A stretch of 64,000 bases of DNA from contig AP026129.1 in NCBI GenBank assembly GCA_030295235.1, positions 1,302,001 through 1,366,000 of the forward strand, in the 5' to 3' direction. How positions within the stretch are numbered: the stretch's first letter is position 1; every line of letters starts with the position of its first letter. The notes beneath the pieces are model-generated. The model had not been told where the DNA came from. It was given only the letters and a program-made list of their open reading frames with translations, and did no database searches. The position numbers and the translations under genes are program-made. The DNA comes from Fistulifera solaris. Its lineage: Eukaryota. This document shows, piece by piece, positions 38,976 through 52,960 of the stretch.

Positions 38976-40043
38976 ATGACGATTAGTTCTTATCGCGACT
39001 TTTACCCGGTCGGCCTCGACGATGTAAGATCCCAAATGAATATCCCCTCGTGCAAACGCAAAGGTCCACGTGGTGGAGTCGTTAATCCATTTCCGGTCAA
39101 ACTCTTTTCGATGTTAGAAACGACTCGCGAGGAAGGATTGCATCATATTGTCTCCTGGCAAGTACACGGTCGTTGTTTCAGGATTCACAAGTCGGATCGA
39201 TTCGTTACGGATGTTCTGCCGAGGTATGTCCAATGGTCGCTTGTGTGACGAGCGAATCTTAACACCGAATCTCATCCTTCCGTATCAGATTTTTCAAACA
39301 GTCCAAGCTTGCCTCGTTTCAGAGGCAGCTCAATTTGTGGGGCTTCCAAAAAGTGATGAATGGGCCGGACCGTGGTGGCTATTTCCACGAACTATTCTTA
39401 CGAGGACGACCAGATCTGGCTCCCCCTTATGTTACGAGTCAAAGGATGTGCCATGGAAGGGGTTGTTGTCAAGGACGATCATGGAACGGAGGACCCGAAC
39501 TTTTACTCGTATCCGTATTGCGAGATGGACAAGGTCCCTACTTTGACGTCTTCGTCCGAAATGAGGGCGAATCTGATTGAACCGTCCACACCACCCGATT
39601 CGCCTCGACCTGACCCCATTATTCAATCATCATCATCATCACCACCACGTAGAGGGAAACGCCAGAAACCTACCAACACCATGGTAACACCACCCTACAA
39701 AAAGAAGAAAGCTATTGGCGTGTTGGCCGCCCCTCGAGACATGGACGAATCACGCTGGGGCCAGGAACGACGAAAGCTTGATTTTTCTCCACGTCAGAAT
39801 CTTCGCGAATTGCATCGAACGTTTGCCAAGGAGGAGGAAGAAGAGGATACGAGCGAATCCATGGAACTCTGGAACCTTTCCGTCGATGATCTGTTCGGCG
39901 GACGGACTTTTCAAACCGTCGAAGAATGCAATGCACAGGCATTAGAATCGATACTGAGTTTAGAAGAAGAAGCGTTATACGCCAAATCGGTGTTATCCGA
40001 AGTGAAAAAAATGAAACTATGTCTCAATCTGTGTTCTTTTTGA
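38976..40043 (+). CDS. Heat-shock transcription factor (HSF-type DNA-binding domain); intron 39224..39288; one frameshift
   Basis: PFPVKLFSML, IVSWQVHGRCFRIH, LPR|FFKQSKLASFQRQLNLWGF, GPDRGGYFHELFLRGRP. Confidence 0.9.
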
Positions 40044-40445
40044 GAAGTAGGAAAAAGGAATCGATGATGGTCGATTGCAAGTCGACACGAGTCGAAATTT
40101 GTGCAATTCATATTTTTATTATTTATCAATGGGTTTCGCAATAATATATTTTGGTTCTTAGTTTTTAATGCTGGTCTATCTATCTACAAACACATTCTTA
40201 GTACTATTCCTTCGCGATCTTCCGTCTTCCTTCTGAGCTTACGTTATAAGACTGGACTAAGAGCCGTTCCTCCGTCACTAACAAGTAGAGAAAGTAATAC
40301 TAAAGGACAAGTTTCAAAAAAATCCTACGTAGTATTATCGTTCCTAGAGCCTAGAGCCGGAGGTTTTTTAAGCACGAACAAATCAGAGTGAATCGTGAAT
40401 CACGAAACATCAGGAAGGACAGACGAGCGCACCTCCTTTCGCTCG

Positions 40446-40628
40446 TGATAAAACGTAGAGAATCGATTGAATTGCAAACAAACAAAATTATAGAAATTAT
40501 CACATGTTATATCGTTGGTATCGCGAGAGGCTTTTCACTCCTTGAAACCTTCTCTTCCACCATTCATGCCGGCACTCGTTAACCCCAATCCTAGGGATAA
40601 ACCGTGACCAACACACCACACTTTAACA
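40446..40628 (-). repeat. 3' LTR (183 bp)
   Basis: Direct repeat of 47071..47254, differing by one visible 1-nt indel. Confidence 0.95.
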
Positions 40629-40636
40629 CTCCTCTC
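40629..40636 (-). promoter_or_regulatory. Polypurine tract of the LTR element
   Basis: GAGAGGAG on the minus strand immediately before the 3' LTR. Confidence 0.8.
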
Positions 40637-40869
40637 AAGTAGATCGTTGTGAAGCGGTCAACTTGCAACAAAAGGTGTGCCATTCATTCACATCAAATTT
40701 AAGTGGTTCACACATGCTAATCCACTCGCACATAAGATGGTTCTTCTTCCACGCTAGGAAGCTTACTTCCACCTTCACAAAAGGGGGCACATCGCACGAC
40801 CTTGGTTATTTTAACCCCGATCGAAAGATATGGTGTAACAGATTACTGACAAATCGAACTCTTTTCTCT

Positions 40870-43800
40870 CCATGAGGTAGTTGCTTTGTCAACAAATCGG
40901 CTTCGTTGTCATGAGTATTCACATAGCACGTCGCCATTCGCTCCGCGCTACACCCTCACGGACGAAGTGGTACGCAATACTTTGCGATTTCCTTTTCAAA
41001 GTCGAATCCGGGATTGTTGTGTTAGCCAACACTGACTGATTGTCTCCTTCAATGTAACATGGCCCAACCACAGGTATTCCCATCATACGAAGCTTGTATC
41101 TCAGACCTCTGAGGTACTCGCAGCACTGTTTCATAGCAACAAACTCGGATCCAAAACTGCTGCTTTCAACACTTGTCTGTTTCTTCGAATGCCAGCACAC
41201 AAGCCATATTCAAATACACAAGAAAGCCAGTCCTCGATCGCCTGGTCAGAGAGTCTGATGCGTGGTCAGCGTCAACCTTTGCTCGAATCACGAACCCAAT
41301 CCCGCTTGGTTCGGCATATTCATTGGTATGGTCTCCTGACCCTGAACATGGCCGAATTCACTCGAGGCCCAATCTCTCTCCTGGAATTTCGCCTCATCAA
41401 CAAATGGTACAGTCGGGTCAAACACCATCTCAGCATTATGGTACTTCTTGAGGTAAGCAAAGATATGCAACACCTGCTCGAAATGTCCCTGTCTTGGCAT
41501 TGCCATGAACGAAGACAAAATCGAAACCTCAAGACAAATGTCAACTCTCCCAAGCTCAACGATCCACCGCAAGACTCCAATCAGAGACATGTAATACGCA
41601 GCAAGCGTTGAATCCAATTCTGGGCTCACATCCAACTCTGACCGATAATGAAGTCCGCATTGGAGTGTCTGCTTTTGTGGGAAGTTTCCAATGCTCCAGT
41701 TTTCCAATGTACTTTTCAACATTTGCGACGGCCGCTTGGACATACTGCGATGAAGAAAAAGACCACGCTTCGTGCGCCGTTCTCTAACTCAACTTTCCGC
41801 ACACGTCCTCCAAGATAGATCTTTGGCGGTCCAATCGATTCCTCTTTCAATTCAAAGTACTTGCCGATCTCCTCCCTTAGAACCCGCTCCGGATTCTCGC
41901 TCACACACAAAGTGTCATCGGTATAGAGAAGGATGTATTCATAGTAGCTAGAGCCATCAGCCTTCTTGGCTGGTCTCATCCAAACATCAGGATCAGCCAA
42001 ACATGAAGTGAACCCAAGATCCAACATGCCTGCACGCAAGTGGTTTCTGAAGTCTCTTCCAGCCGATTTTCCGCCGTACAAAGCGCGATGTATTAGTGCC
42101 ACACGACCAACATTCTCCAATCCAAACTCAATTCCACAAATAACATAGTGCTTTTGCGAAGAAGGTGCCTGCAGATAGGCATTACGAATATCAGCAGCAC
42201 AGATGTCAACACCGTTCAAAGCAGCATATGTGAAAGCAATCCGGACACTTTCCCTAGATACAACACCTGCATAGGTAGATCCAATTGGGTCAGCTGTCTT
42301 ATGCCCGTCCAACACCCATCGTGCCTTTCTTGTAAAGTCCATCTTCACATCAAAGACAAGGTGTCCAGTCGCAGGAGTCCACCCAGGTGGCGCTTTCTTT
42401 CCTTCTCCTAGGATCTCAAATGCTACTCCGACATTGTACATCTCTTTGGCAATTGCATCTCGCCAGAAAGTGTTACCGTTTGGTCGGTCAATCTCGTGAG
42501 CGTGTGCTACATCCCTGGGTATCTCGATCCCGTACTTATGCGTAGTACGTCAAGTCTCGTCTTGAGCGCACTCCAGGATTGCATTCCGCCCTCACGAAGG
42601 GTTTGTGGTACCCACCAGGAAAATGCAGGTTCATCATCAATGCCTCTTGCAACTGCAAATTCAGCTGTCTCAACCGGGTGGGAGTCTTTTAGATCCCTGA
42701 GATGCACCCAGGACTCATTCCCGTCACGCCATCGAACAAGAAGTTTCCATCCTTGGGTTGTCTTGCGCATTCAGCGGTTGGCCACGACAGCGTAACAACA
42801 CGAGCTTCACTCTTACATAGAGCTGTCTCCTCCTTCTTGTAGTCAACAATCCCTTCCATGAGAGATTTAGAGAATCCATCGCCGTCGCGACTGGGCAATC
42901 ATGTTCTGAGCGATAAGGTTGGCAGAGTACTCACGAACGACCCCATCAGCAAACTCAACATCATAAACAACAGTGTTCATTGCCGGGTTATCGCTGTAGG
43001 TTCCAAACGTTTTCCCATCGTCACCAATCGTTCGTCCCACAACCCTTGCGGTCTCCATTTCACCACCATCCTTTTGAAGCTGCACTTCGGCATTGATGAT
43101 GCGGTCATATGCTGGTTGTTCATTGATCAGCAAACCGTTGGAGTCAACTGACTCTTCGATGTCAATAAATTCTCTAGGGCGTTTCGTCACCATCATGGTA
43201 CGGTTCCCACTCGCCGTTGTCGTGCTGGTTGCTATGATGATTTTTCTGTCGTACTGGTGAATCAATTGGTGGCGGTATCATTGCCGTCCCCCATCTCCTC
43301 TCAATGAGGCCGTCAAAAATTTCTCTTCGGACGCTTCTCTGTGTCACTGTGGAGCTCGGCATTGGTCAGCGAGCTGTCGACGAGGAACGACTCGACCATT
43401 CGCTTTTAGTACCCATTGGGCCATTTCATTCCCAGCGCCTTTGCCGGTCCAAGAACGCGTCCAAGGATCTCCTTACTGACAGGAAAATCGTTTTTCTGAT
43501 CTCGGAAGTACACCCATTCATACCACCCAAACTGACAAAGGTTGCTGATATTGCCTGTATCACCTGTGACAAGAGTGTATGGGTTCTGACCGTGAAGATT
43601 GAAACGATCTCTCGCAGTCATATTGTTAATCCGAGCGCGTCGCTCCAAACAGTAGTCCCACAGAGGCATGGGGCTGTTAGCCTCCTTCATGTCTTTCCTG
43701 ACAGCTTCCTTCAACAGTCCAATGTAGAGTTCAGCTTTGTTTGACCATGGAGTGTTCTCCTCTAAAGCACGTGAACGTCGATCCAATGTCACGGCAAAAA

Positions 43801-46800
43801 CGCCCGTGCCGAGACTCCTGGTTTGTTCGCCGGACGCGTCACAAATGAATGCATCGGGAGCTCCCACTTCCTTTGCAAATTCCTTCATGGCCTGCAAGAC
43901 TTCACCCTTCGACCTCATCGGTACAACATGCACGAAACCCTTGTCCGACACAAACAATTGACAACACGTGTGTCCTCGTTCAGACTTGCCAGTTTTGGAC
44001 GTAGCAAAGAGGGTATCCATGTAAAAGTACTCTTTGATGTGCTTGTAACGAAGCATGCGGTCGTTCGTTCCATAGTTGCGCCAACTTTGGGTTGTCTTGT
44101 CTTGACGCACGTTGATCGGTAACTTCAATTGTCCGCTCGGCATCTTTATATTCAATACGCCAAATTTTAGACAAGTGCGCTGCATCGACTCCCTGATGCC
44201 GAATGCCATGGGCAGCAGAGATCATCAGCTCATCCAACTCGTCACCAGATTCAGCCCTGGCAAAGTACTCTTCAACTAGATCAACAGTGTCGTCTGCAAT
44301 TGTCGCGAACGGGAGCATCAGTTGCATCACCATCATGGTATAGATGTCGCTGAGAGGAAACAGTTGTTGCGCCCAATTGCCATAGAAAACTCACCGCACT
44401 CAGCACGTTCCTCCATTCTGGCAAGCAAGCTAGAACATTCTAGTTGTGGCGAGAAAGGCAGAAAAAGCATGATCGTGATCGGCGTCCTCTGTAAAAGTGA
44501 ACTCTTTTTCAACGCTGGCTCCTCTCCAAACTGCTTATGACAAAGCGACTCCCTGTCATTGTCTTGAACAGCTGTCATGAGATAGCGAGTTTTTGGTAGA
44601 GGCAACACCATCTCTCCATTACAATCCAACATAGCCGCCTCATTTATCGCATAACTGACATTGTGAGGGTCCCATACCGTCGGTGTCAGCATATAAATGT
44701 TCTCCGACTGCTGCAGTTGGAGGAGGCTCGCTTGCTGGTTGCAAAGAAAGAGAAAACACCATGTAAAGATAGAGGAATCCGTAGTCCTGTTTCTTGAAAG
44801 TAAATCGCATGATTATCAACAGTTGGATCCATGGTCTGTATCTTTGGTGTGTCATCAACTATGACACCAGCCTCACGCATCACAAAAGGCGGTATCAAGT
44901 TGTTTTCCATATTCGGAACATAAAGTGCATTCCGAACAAGCAAAATGATTTCATCCCCACCATAGGGACACTCAGAGCAACGCGGCATCAACGAGTGAGC
45001 ACTGCATTGGTTTATAGTCTGGAGTAAACGGCTAAAACATCCACTGTCTCCCCAGTCCTAGCAACCACAAATGCATTTCGCCCGACGACTGGCATATTTG
45101 CATGTGTGTCCAATTCAGTCCTCGAAATCCCTGACGTTACTTGGTCATCAACGTCCATCACACCAGTATCCATAACGTCGGCATGTAATGATGCAATTAA
45201 ACGTGCCAGATGGTCATTTGGTGCGGTATGTCGTCCTCGGTCCCACGTTCGACTGTTCTCCGGCTCTGACTCTAAACCTACCTTCCAGTCATCATTGACT
45301 GGAGTAGTTTCAGCCGCCGGGCCCAGTCAACGGGTGTAGCGATGGCTCACAGGACGAGGGAGGACCAGCACGACGGATTGCACGTTCATACGTCTCCCGC
45401 CCGCGTGGCCTCAGGTCCCGCCGTTGCTTCCCCCTTTGCATCCTGCATTGGTTCCGAGGTAGACTCATCCTGTGTATCCTTGACCTCAACAGATGACACG
45501 TTTCCACCCTGAGTCGCTGAACCCGTAATCATTTGAAGAAGGTTACGCTTGTTGCTCCACAGCAGAGACTTGTGAACTTCGCACCTGTCGCCGCCGACGT
45601 CCACTTGGCCACGGCCCTCCATGTGCTTATTCACCGCCTTCTCCACTGCTGCTGCAAGTGCCTTGGTCCGCTTGTCCTTTTTCTTCTGCTTCTTAGCTGG
45701 GTTCTTGAACTCATCTGGGTTCTTGGCCCGATATTCCCGCAGCTCGTTCCTTTGCTCCGACGGTCAGTTTTGCATATTCCTTGTTCGTGTGGTAACGCAA
45801 GTGGACTCCACTTGACCCAATGCCTTGTTTTGCAGTCGCTCCGGACGGCTCAGCATGTACATCAGAGATCGACGCGTTATTTCTCTTGTTGGTACCTGCC
45901 ACATTCTGGCGTTTTGCAACAGGGTCCTTTGGGAGCAAATAAGCGACGGCCTCTTCGAAGTTGTGCCTCTTGCCTCCAGGTCCGTCATCATTCTCGATGT
46001 GTGCTATTGCGGCCTGCAATCCTGCATCATCACAAATGATCTTGCACAAAAGGTCGGTCACTCGGCGATAGCCATCAGGAAGCTGATGAGGTACGTGCTC
46101 GGCAGCAGCAGTCATCTGGATATAGGCCGTGCGGTGCTGCTGGACAAAACTCTCCAACGTAAAGTTTGAATTTCCTTTCCATTCTCTACGGGCAATGATG
46201 TCCTTGTGCTTCGCAATAATGGCGTCCCATTTATCCTTTCCAGCATACTGTGCCTTCAGCGCCAAGTAAGCTCCTCTTCCGTCTAAGGTCCGCTTGAACG
46301 GGCAATCGAGTCTTGGTACACCGTATTCCGTGTCGCCTCTTCGATCTTGAAATACACCTCCGCATTATCTTCCTTGTAGTTTGCCCGGGAATGAGAAGAA
46401 CGATGAATCAAGTCCTCCACAATAGATCCATGCTGCTCAGTGTATGGCTGACCCTGTGCTCGGGAGGGCAGTCAATGGCAACATCAACTGAATCCCTGAT
46501 CACAGCAGCCAGTGGCACAAACTTAGTGCCAATGCATTGATAGCAATGATCCTTGAAAGACTCAATCCATTTGACAAAGGAAACACCTTTTCCCAACTTG
46601 GGCACCTCAGGTTGTTCTTTTCTTCTTTTTCGCCTTCAAGGCGTCCCAAAGCTCCTGAAAGTTCTTGATAACCGGAGTATACAGCATATCCTGCGCCGTA
46701 ATCACTCTTCCAATTGTGTCATAGAAGTGGAGCAGTTCAATGGCCGCTTCTAATCGGATCTGTGACTTGATTGGGAAGGAAAAAGGCTCTCTGGGAATTG

Positions 46801-47030
46801 TCGCTCCTGCTGGAGGGCCGCCTTCCAGGCCAGCATTCGGGTCAGGAATGCGTCCTGTTGGGCGTCAAGGCTCTCTGCAATGCGCTTCACATCATCCCGG
46901 CTTGAATGACAGAAGGTCATCGAATGTAGAGATGCCATCCCTCTGCAGCTGCTCATGCGTCAGCGACCGGAATCCCCATCTGTTCCTCACCGGTGAAGAA
47001 CGCCCGTGTACTGTTGTTGTGTAACCACCA
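40870..47030 (-). CDS. gag-pol polyprotein, fragmented by many indels (ends approximate)
   Basis: ORF pieces 45711..46265 (gag), 44686..44991, 43406..44209 (IN), 42507..42770 (chromo-like), 41716..42441 (RT), 40919..41200 (RNase H). Confidence 0.9.
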
Positions 47031-47070
47031 TGGTCACTTGCTGTTAAAGCTAAACTGGGTCTGAATAAAC

Positions 47071-47254
47071 TGATAAAACGTGAGAGAATCGATTGAATTG
47101 CAAACAAACAAAATTATAGAAATTATCACATGTTATATCGTTGGTATCGCGAGAGGCTTTTCACTCCTTGAAACCTTCTCTTCCACCATTCATGCCGGCA
47201 CTCGTTAACCCCAATCCTAGGGATAAACCGTGACCAACACACCACACTTTAACA
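47071..47254 (-). repeat. 5' LTR (184 bp)
   Basis: TGTTAAAG...TTTTATCA on the minus strand, followed by a PBS-like GTTTATTCAGACCCAG. Confidence 0.95.
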
Positions 47255-47401
47255 CTCGCACTGCGCGTACTCGAGCATCACCGCATACTGCATCTAAAAA
47301 CATCACGACGCATTTTTTCTCATTGAAGCCCTAAAAAGTAAGAAAAGGAGCATTGTAGACAGACGTTTTTTTCGTTGATTTCACATTTTCGTAGAAAGAG
47401 C

Positions 47402-50400
47402 ATGCCGAAAAAGGGAAAGACGCCCGCAAATAATGGTAAAACAACTCCGAAATGTACTTGCCAAGACCCTTACAAATGTGAATGCGGCCATCGACCAGAA
47501 CGACCCAGCAAAGGCCACAAATGGGATCCGGAAACGCAAACCTGGGGCGGTAAAGGACACAAACAAAAAGGTGCTTCGGGACAAACGGCATCCATCGCGC
47601 AAAAGCGACCACGACGGCCGTCGGGCAAACGTCCGTGGCGCAATGGCAACGCATGCCTTCTCAACTCCTACAAGAATACTGCAAAAAGAACAAGCGACCG
47701 TTACCGAAATTGGAAAACAAGAGCAAGAATGCGAATGCAAAATGTCTGTATAAAGTAATTCTGGCCGACGGCAAGAACACACAAAAGGATTTGTTTTTCC
47801 AGCCGATGCACGCTGTTGGAAATGAAGAACAGGCACGAGAAGAAGCTTGTTTGTTGGCCTTGTTGTCGTTGACACCCAATTTGCCGCATGAACGAACGTT
47901 ACCGGAACCCTATCGGACAACTTGGTTACACGCGATTGCGTCCGTCAAGGAGAGACCGTCGTTGACGACAACACCGACACCCGAACAGTCAACAACGACG
48001 CAGAAAGCACAGGCTTCGAAAGAACTCAAATTGGCTACGACGTTTACCAGTAAAGCGGAACAGAAACGACTCTTGGAAGAAAAACGAAAGCTCAAGAATC
48101 AACGCATGCAACGACACGAAGCGATCCGTAGAGCCAATAAGGATCATGTGGTGAGCATGAGTGCGGCGATGCGGCGACAAATTGAGCGATTGTTGCGGGG
48201 AGAACACGTTGATTGGGATGAAATGAGTTCGGAGGAGGAGGAACAAGAAGATCCGGCCCAAGACGATTTGGCATACTATGTCCAAGATCGCTTGCATCGA
48301 GAGGGATTCACTCGTAAACAGGCGCGAGCGGCGTTCCGACAAGTGGAACAAGGTCGTGTAAGAGACAATCATGACAGCAATAACGAAGATGAGTGGGATG
48401 TGGCGTTTGAAGAATGTTTGCAGTGGTTACTGGTAAATGTCGATGAAGATCAGTTACCGGAGGGAATTGATCCCGACAAAGGCAATGTCACACTTGATAA
48501 TAATGTAGCTCCCACAAACGCCGCTTCGGCAGAATTGGGGGCACAATGGGGTCTTTCGAATGCCGAAGTGAAACTAGTACAAGCCAGAGTCGATGACAAT
48601 CTCAATTTTGAAAGTGTCTTGTGGTCTATGCTCGTTGAAAAGGCGGGAGTGATACTTCCGGAGACTAACTTGGCTAACATTTCACCCGAACAGAGAGAGA
48701 TCAATAAATCTTTGTTTCAAGAAGAAGTTGAGGCGCTAGAGGCTATTTACTCGGCTGATTTTAAACTGCAAATGCAGTCTTCAGGGCTACATACCATCGA
48801 AATCGTCTCTTGTCACGGCGAGATGGTGTTACGTGTGCTTATTCGAGAAGGCGTGTATCCCTTGTTCCCGCCAGAGAAGGTTTGGCTCACGGGGAGTTGG
48901 GGGTCAAGGTTAGTAGGTTCTGCATATCACATGGAATTGGTGAAATTTTTGGCAGATTTGCCCCTGAGCGATCCGATGATTTTTGAGTTGCATGGGCATG
49001 CTCAAATAATGTTTGAGACATTGGATGATCTTCCGAGCCAACAACTTATTGATGTTTCCTCTTTGAACTCAAATAAGAGAAGGCCGAATAATTTGCAACG
49101 GTTTGAAGAGATAAAGTTCGATAAAGTGGATGCATTCCACATGGACACCACCAAACATACTCGGCCACGTGAAGGAAAGCCATTCTGGTCCCAATCGCCT
49201 TCTCAAACACCGGAAGCAACACCGTTCCCCAAAATCAGCACAGCCATAGAAATGGCGCGGAAATCACTTCCTGCAGCCAAAGCTAGAGATGACTTCCTCC
49301 AACTCCTTCGCCAAGCTGGAGAATCTGGGAGAGTGCTTCTCTTGACTGGGGAAACAGGTTGTGGCAAGACAACGCAAATTCCTCAGGTACGTAATATTGC
49401 TACCACCATCAAAGAGTCACTCGTTAGCAGCTCAAACGTTCCTTCCGATTTTGTTTCACCCCTAGTTTATTTTGGAGGAGTATCCAAAGGATTCGAAAAT
49501 CGTCGTTGCTCAGCCCAGACGCCTAGCTGCCACAGGTGTTGCGAGTCGCGTCGCTGCAGAGAGAGGAGAGTCAAAACTAGGCAAAGGAAGTGTTGGCTAT
49601 GTTGTAAGAGGGGATTCAGCAATTTGCGAAAAAAGCCGCCTAGTCTTTTGTACGACGGGAGTGCTTCTTCGTCAAATGCAAAGCAACGGGGCGCTCGACT
49701 GCATCACGCATGTCGTAGTCGATGAAGTTCACGAACGTCACCTCGATACGGACGTGTTGCTGGGTCTATTGAAGCAATACTTGACCATTTACCCTCACCT
49801 GAGAGTGATTCTGATGAGCGCAACACTCGATGCTGATCGCTTTGCAAACTATTGGGTGGGTAATACACCGCGCATGCAGATACCTGGACGAACATTTCCC
49901 GTCAAAGACTACATGTTGGAAGATGTACTCTCGCTCACAGGTTATGTTCCACGTCGAAAGAATTTTGGGTTTAGAAGAGGTTTCGGACCAAAGCGATCAA
50001 CGCCTTGGGCTGACTCGGAAATGTCCGAAGACGAAGACGGAGTCCCATCGGATCTTGTCGCTGAACCGAAGGTAGATGCAACAGTTGCGCAACCAATGAG
50101 AATTGACGACATCATGAAGAGAATCGATGAAAATTACATTGATTATGATCTCCTGGCTGCTCTTGTGAGTCATCTTGTGCGAAACAAGCCTTTCGCTGAT
50201 AATGGATCAATTTTGATTTTCCTACCTGGAGCCCCCGAGATCAACAAAGCAATTGAAGCAATACAACATGCAGCTTCAGACCTTCCAATTCGACTTTTTC
50301 CTTTGCACGGAGGTTTGCAGCCACAGGAACAAAATAAAGTTTTCCTTGCAGTGGAGAAAGGTTTTACGAAAATTATTGCATCTACAAATGTGGCCGAAAC

Positions 50401-51864
50401 ATCGATTACTATTCCTGATTGCACAATTGTTATTGATAGCGCCAAAGAAAAACAATCTTCTTACGATCCAGCGAATAGGATGCCCCTTTGCTCGAACAAT
50501 TTGCTTCCAAAGCGAGCTTAAACCAGAGAAGGGGACGTGCTGGAAGAGTCAGAGAGGGGACATGCTTTAAGCTTATATCGAATACTACGTATCACAAGCT
50601 GCATGAGCACAGTGAGCCAGAGATACGTCGAAGCGCTTTAGAACAGACTCTACTTTCTCTGCTCTACTTAGGAGTTGAAAGCGGCACGGGTGATTTCTTT
50701 CGCTCCCTTATCGATCCTCCTACTGTTGAATCAATTCTCGCAGCCGAGTCCACTCTTATCCAATTGAGCGCTGTTGAGCGGGTGAACACAAACCTCCATC
50801 TGACGCCGCTTGGTCTTCATTTAGCTGGAATCCCCGCGCCTCCAATGATCGGAAAAAGTAAGTTGCTTTGCTATGCTTGTGAAAGCGAAACTTGTGTCTC
50901 ATTCCGTTACGGCGGTTATTAGTGTTGATAATGGGCTGTATATTGGGGTGTCGAGACGCTTCGTTGGCAATGGCAGCCGGTATGAGTCTTGGGCGCTCGC
51001 CTTTCATCCGTATTGATAGCAATCCAAAAACGAAGGAACCATCTAGCACGTTTAACTTGATTGCATTGAAAAATCGAACGGATCTCATCGAATCTGTTGG
51101 CGACAGTGACCACGCTGTCCTTGCAGCTGTCTATTCTCAATGGAAAGTGCCAGAGAATGACAGCTCTCGACGTCGCAGTGTTTGCGATGCGCTGGGCCTA
51201 TCTTTTTCTGTAATGCGAGATATGGATCAATTAGTCAAACAACTCGATTCTGCACTTGTCAGTTTAGGATTCCCCCCGTCTGCAGACTCGAACCAAAATG
51301 GCAAGTTATGGCGAGTCGTTCGCGCCTGCGCTGTGGCAGCGCTAGCACCAAGTCAGCTTGTGAAAGTTGTCAGACCAGCAGCAAAGTTTGAAAAGACAAC
51401 AGAAGGAGCCAAAGAGATCGAAGCACATGCTCGTGAGCTCAAGTTCTTTATCCGAGCTGTTCGCAATTTGGAGCAAAAGGACAATTCATTGTCGGAAGAA
51501 AGAGTATTCATTCACCCTTCGTCGGCGAATTTTTCGGCAGGTGATTATAGCTGTCCATGGCTCGTATTTCATTCAATGGTTAGAACATCAAAACCTTTTT
51601 TTGCGTGATGTTACTGAATGTAACTCGTATTCTTTGCTACTTTTCGGGGGCCCTTTGGAAGTAAAAGCATCCAAAAGTGTGGTATCTATCGACGGATGGG
51701 TGCAGCTTTCAGCAAATGCACGAATTGGGGCCTTAATGGGTGGTCTTCGTCGCAAAGTGGATGAGTTACTTAGCCAAAAAGTCCGGGACCCTTCGTTGGA
51801 AATCGCTAGTACAGAAGAAATGCGACTCATTATCAAGCTGATTACCCGTGACGGTCAAAACTAA
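47402..51864 (+). CDS. DEAH-box RNA helicase, DHX57/DHX29/YLR419W-like, with RWD domain; introns 49387..49465 and 50858..50922; frameshifts
   Basis: GETGCGKTTQIPQ, QPRRLAA, CTTGVLL, DEVH, MSAT, IFLPG, STNVAETSITI, QRRGRAGRVR, FIHPSS; RWD EEVEALEAIY...YP. Confidence 0.95.
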
Positions 51865-52960
51865 GGTGTTGAACTAATGATCACTCGAAGGTGTCTAAGA
51901 ATTTAGTTGCAGCTATAAAAGGTTGCTTGAGAATCCCGCGCCGATGCCATGTGAACACGCAGCCTATTGCAAAGTCGAAACTCGTCATGCCGAAGTGCAG
52001 TGGCTCGTCGGAAACAAGAGCAGAGATCAAGTCACTTCACCGCTTGATTGAAATACAGCTACTGACCAAAAGACCATCAAGATGGCGTGGTCGAAAGCGA
52101 GGGAAATTTACGACAAAAAGTCTCTTTCAATGCAGTTGTAGTGTCCCGCCACTGGCATCTCCCGCGACAAAGAGCTTTCCATTGGACTTCCAAACATAAA
52201 GGCCTTTCTTGATTTGAAGAAATCTGTGAAGAGAAGCCAGTGAAGCGAAGCATGATTTTTGCTATGGGAAAGGTAGTGGCGCCTGTGAAAGCCGAAAGTA
52301 TTTAATCGTTCGATCGAGCTCAGTGGCTCAATTTCGTTTGAGTGTCGTCGCCAAGCAAACTTTTGGCTGTGGCAAATCTTTAGCGGGGATAGACAAACCA
52401 AAGTATTAACGATGCTTAAGCATGGATTTCTATTTTCGTCTCCCTTTTAATCATCATCGTTTCTCGTCACATTGTCGGGCCTCGTTTCCGTATTGCAAGC
52501 GGATGTGAATTAATGGTAAGAATCTCCTACTGATTTATCGATTTCGGGATTTCGGTGTTATTGAGATTGGTGGAATGACTATGATAGTTTTTGTATGGAC
52601 TCTACAATACAACAGCATCAATTCGGCTCATTTATGACTCTCACAAATTTGGCGAAAAGAGGTCTTTGAGCTTCTGGATTATCGCACAACCAATAGAAAC
52701 TACACAAAGAAGTAGTGTCGTCCTGTCCGACGACACCCTCCAGAGGCCCAAATATTGAAAGAAAAAAGACCGAAGGCTACTTTCTACTCGGACAAAGAGT
52801 AAAAAAGCTTCAATCCACCCAACTTTTCCTTCGACTTCTGGCACAATTGGATCGGTGTTTGGGTCATCACTGGCAACAAGGAGATACCATACACAGCCAC
52901 AACTCCAGCAACAAAAAAGCGAGGCAAACATCCAAGTGAAATGAAGTTGCAATTTCTTTT

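Larger units (their letters stand above)
40446..47254 (-). mobile_element. Full-length Ty1/copia LTR retrotransposon (diatom CoDi type), 6.8 kb
   Basis: Two near-identical LTRs with TG..CA ends; internal order gag, PR (TELDTHANMPVVG), IN (YMDT / ICDA / NKAE), RT (ADIRNAYLQA, ALYGGKSAG, LYTDD), RNase H (GDNQSV); CTCG on both flanks. Confidence 0.97.
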
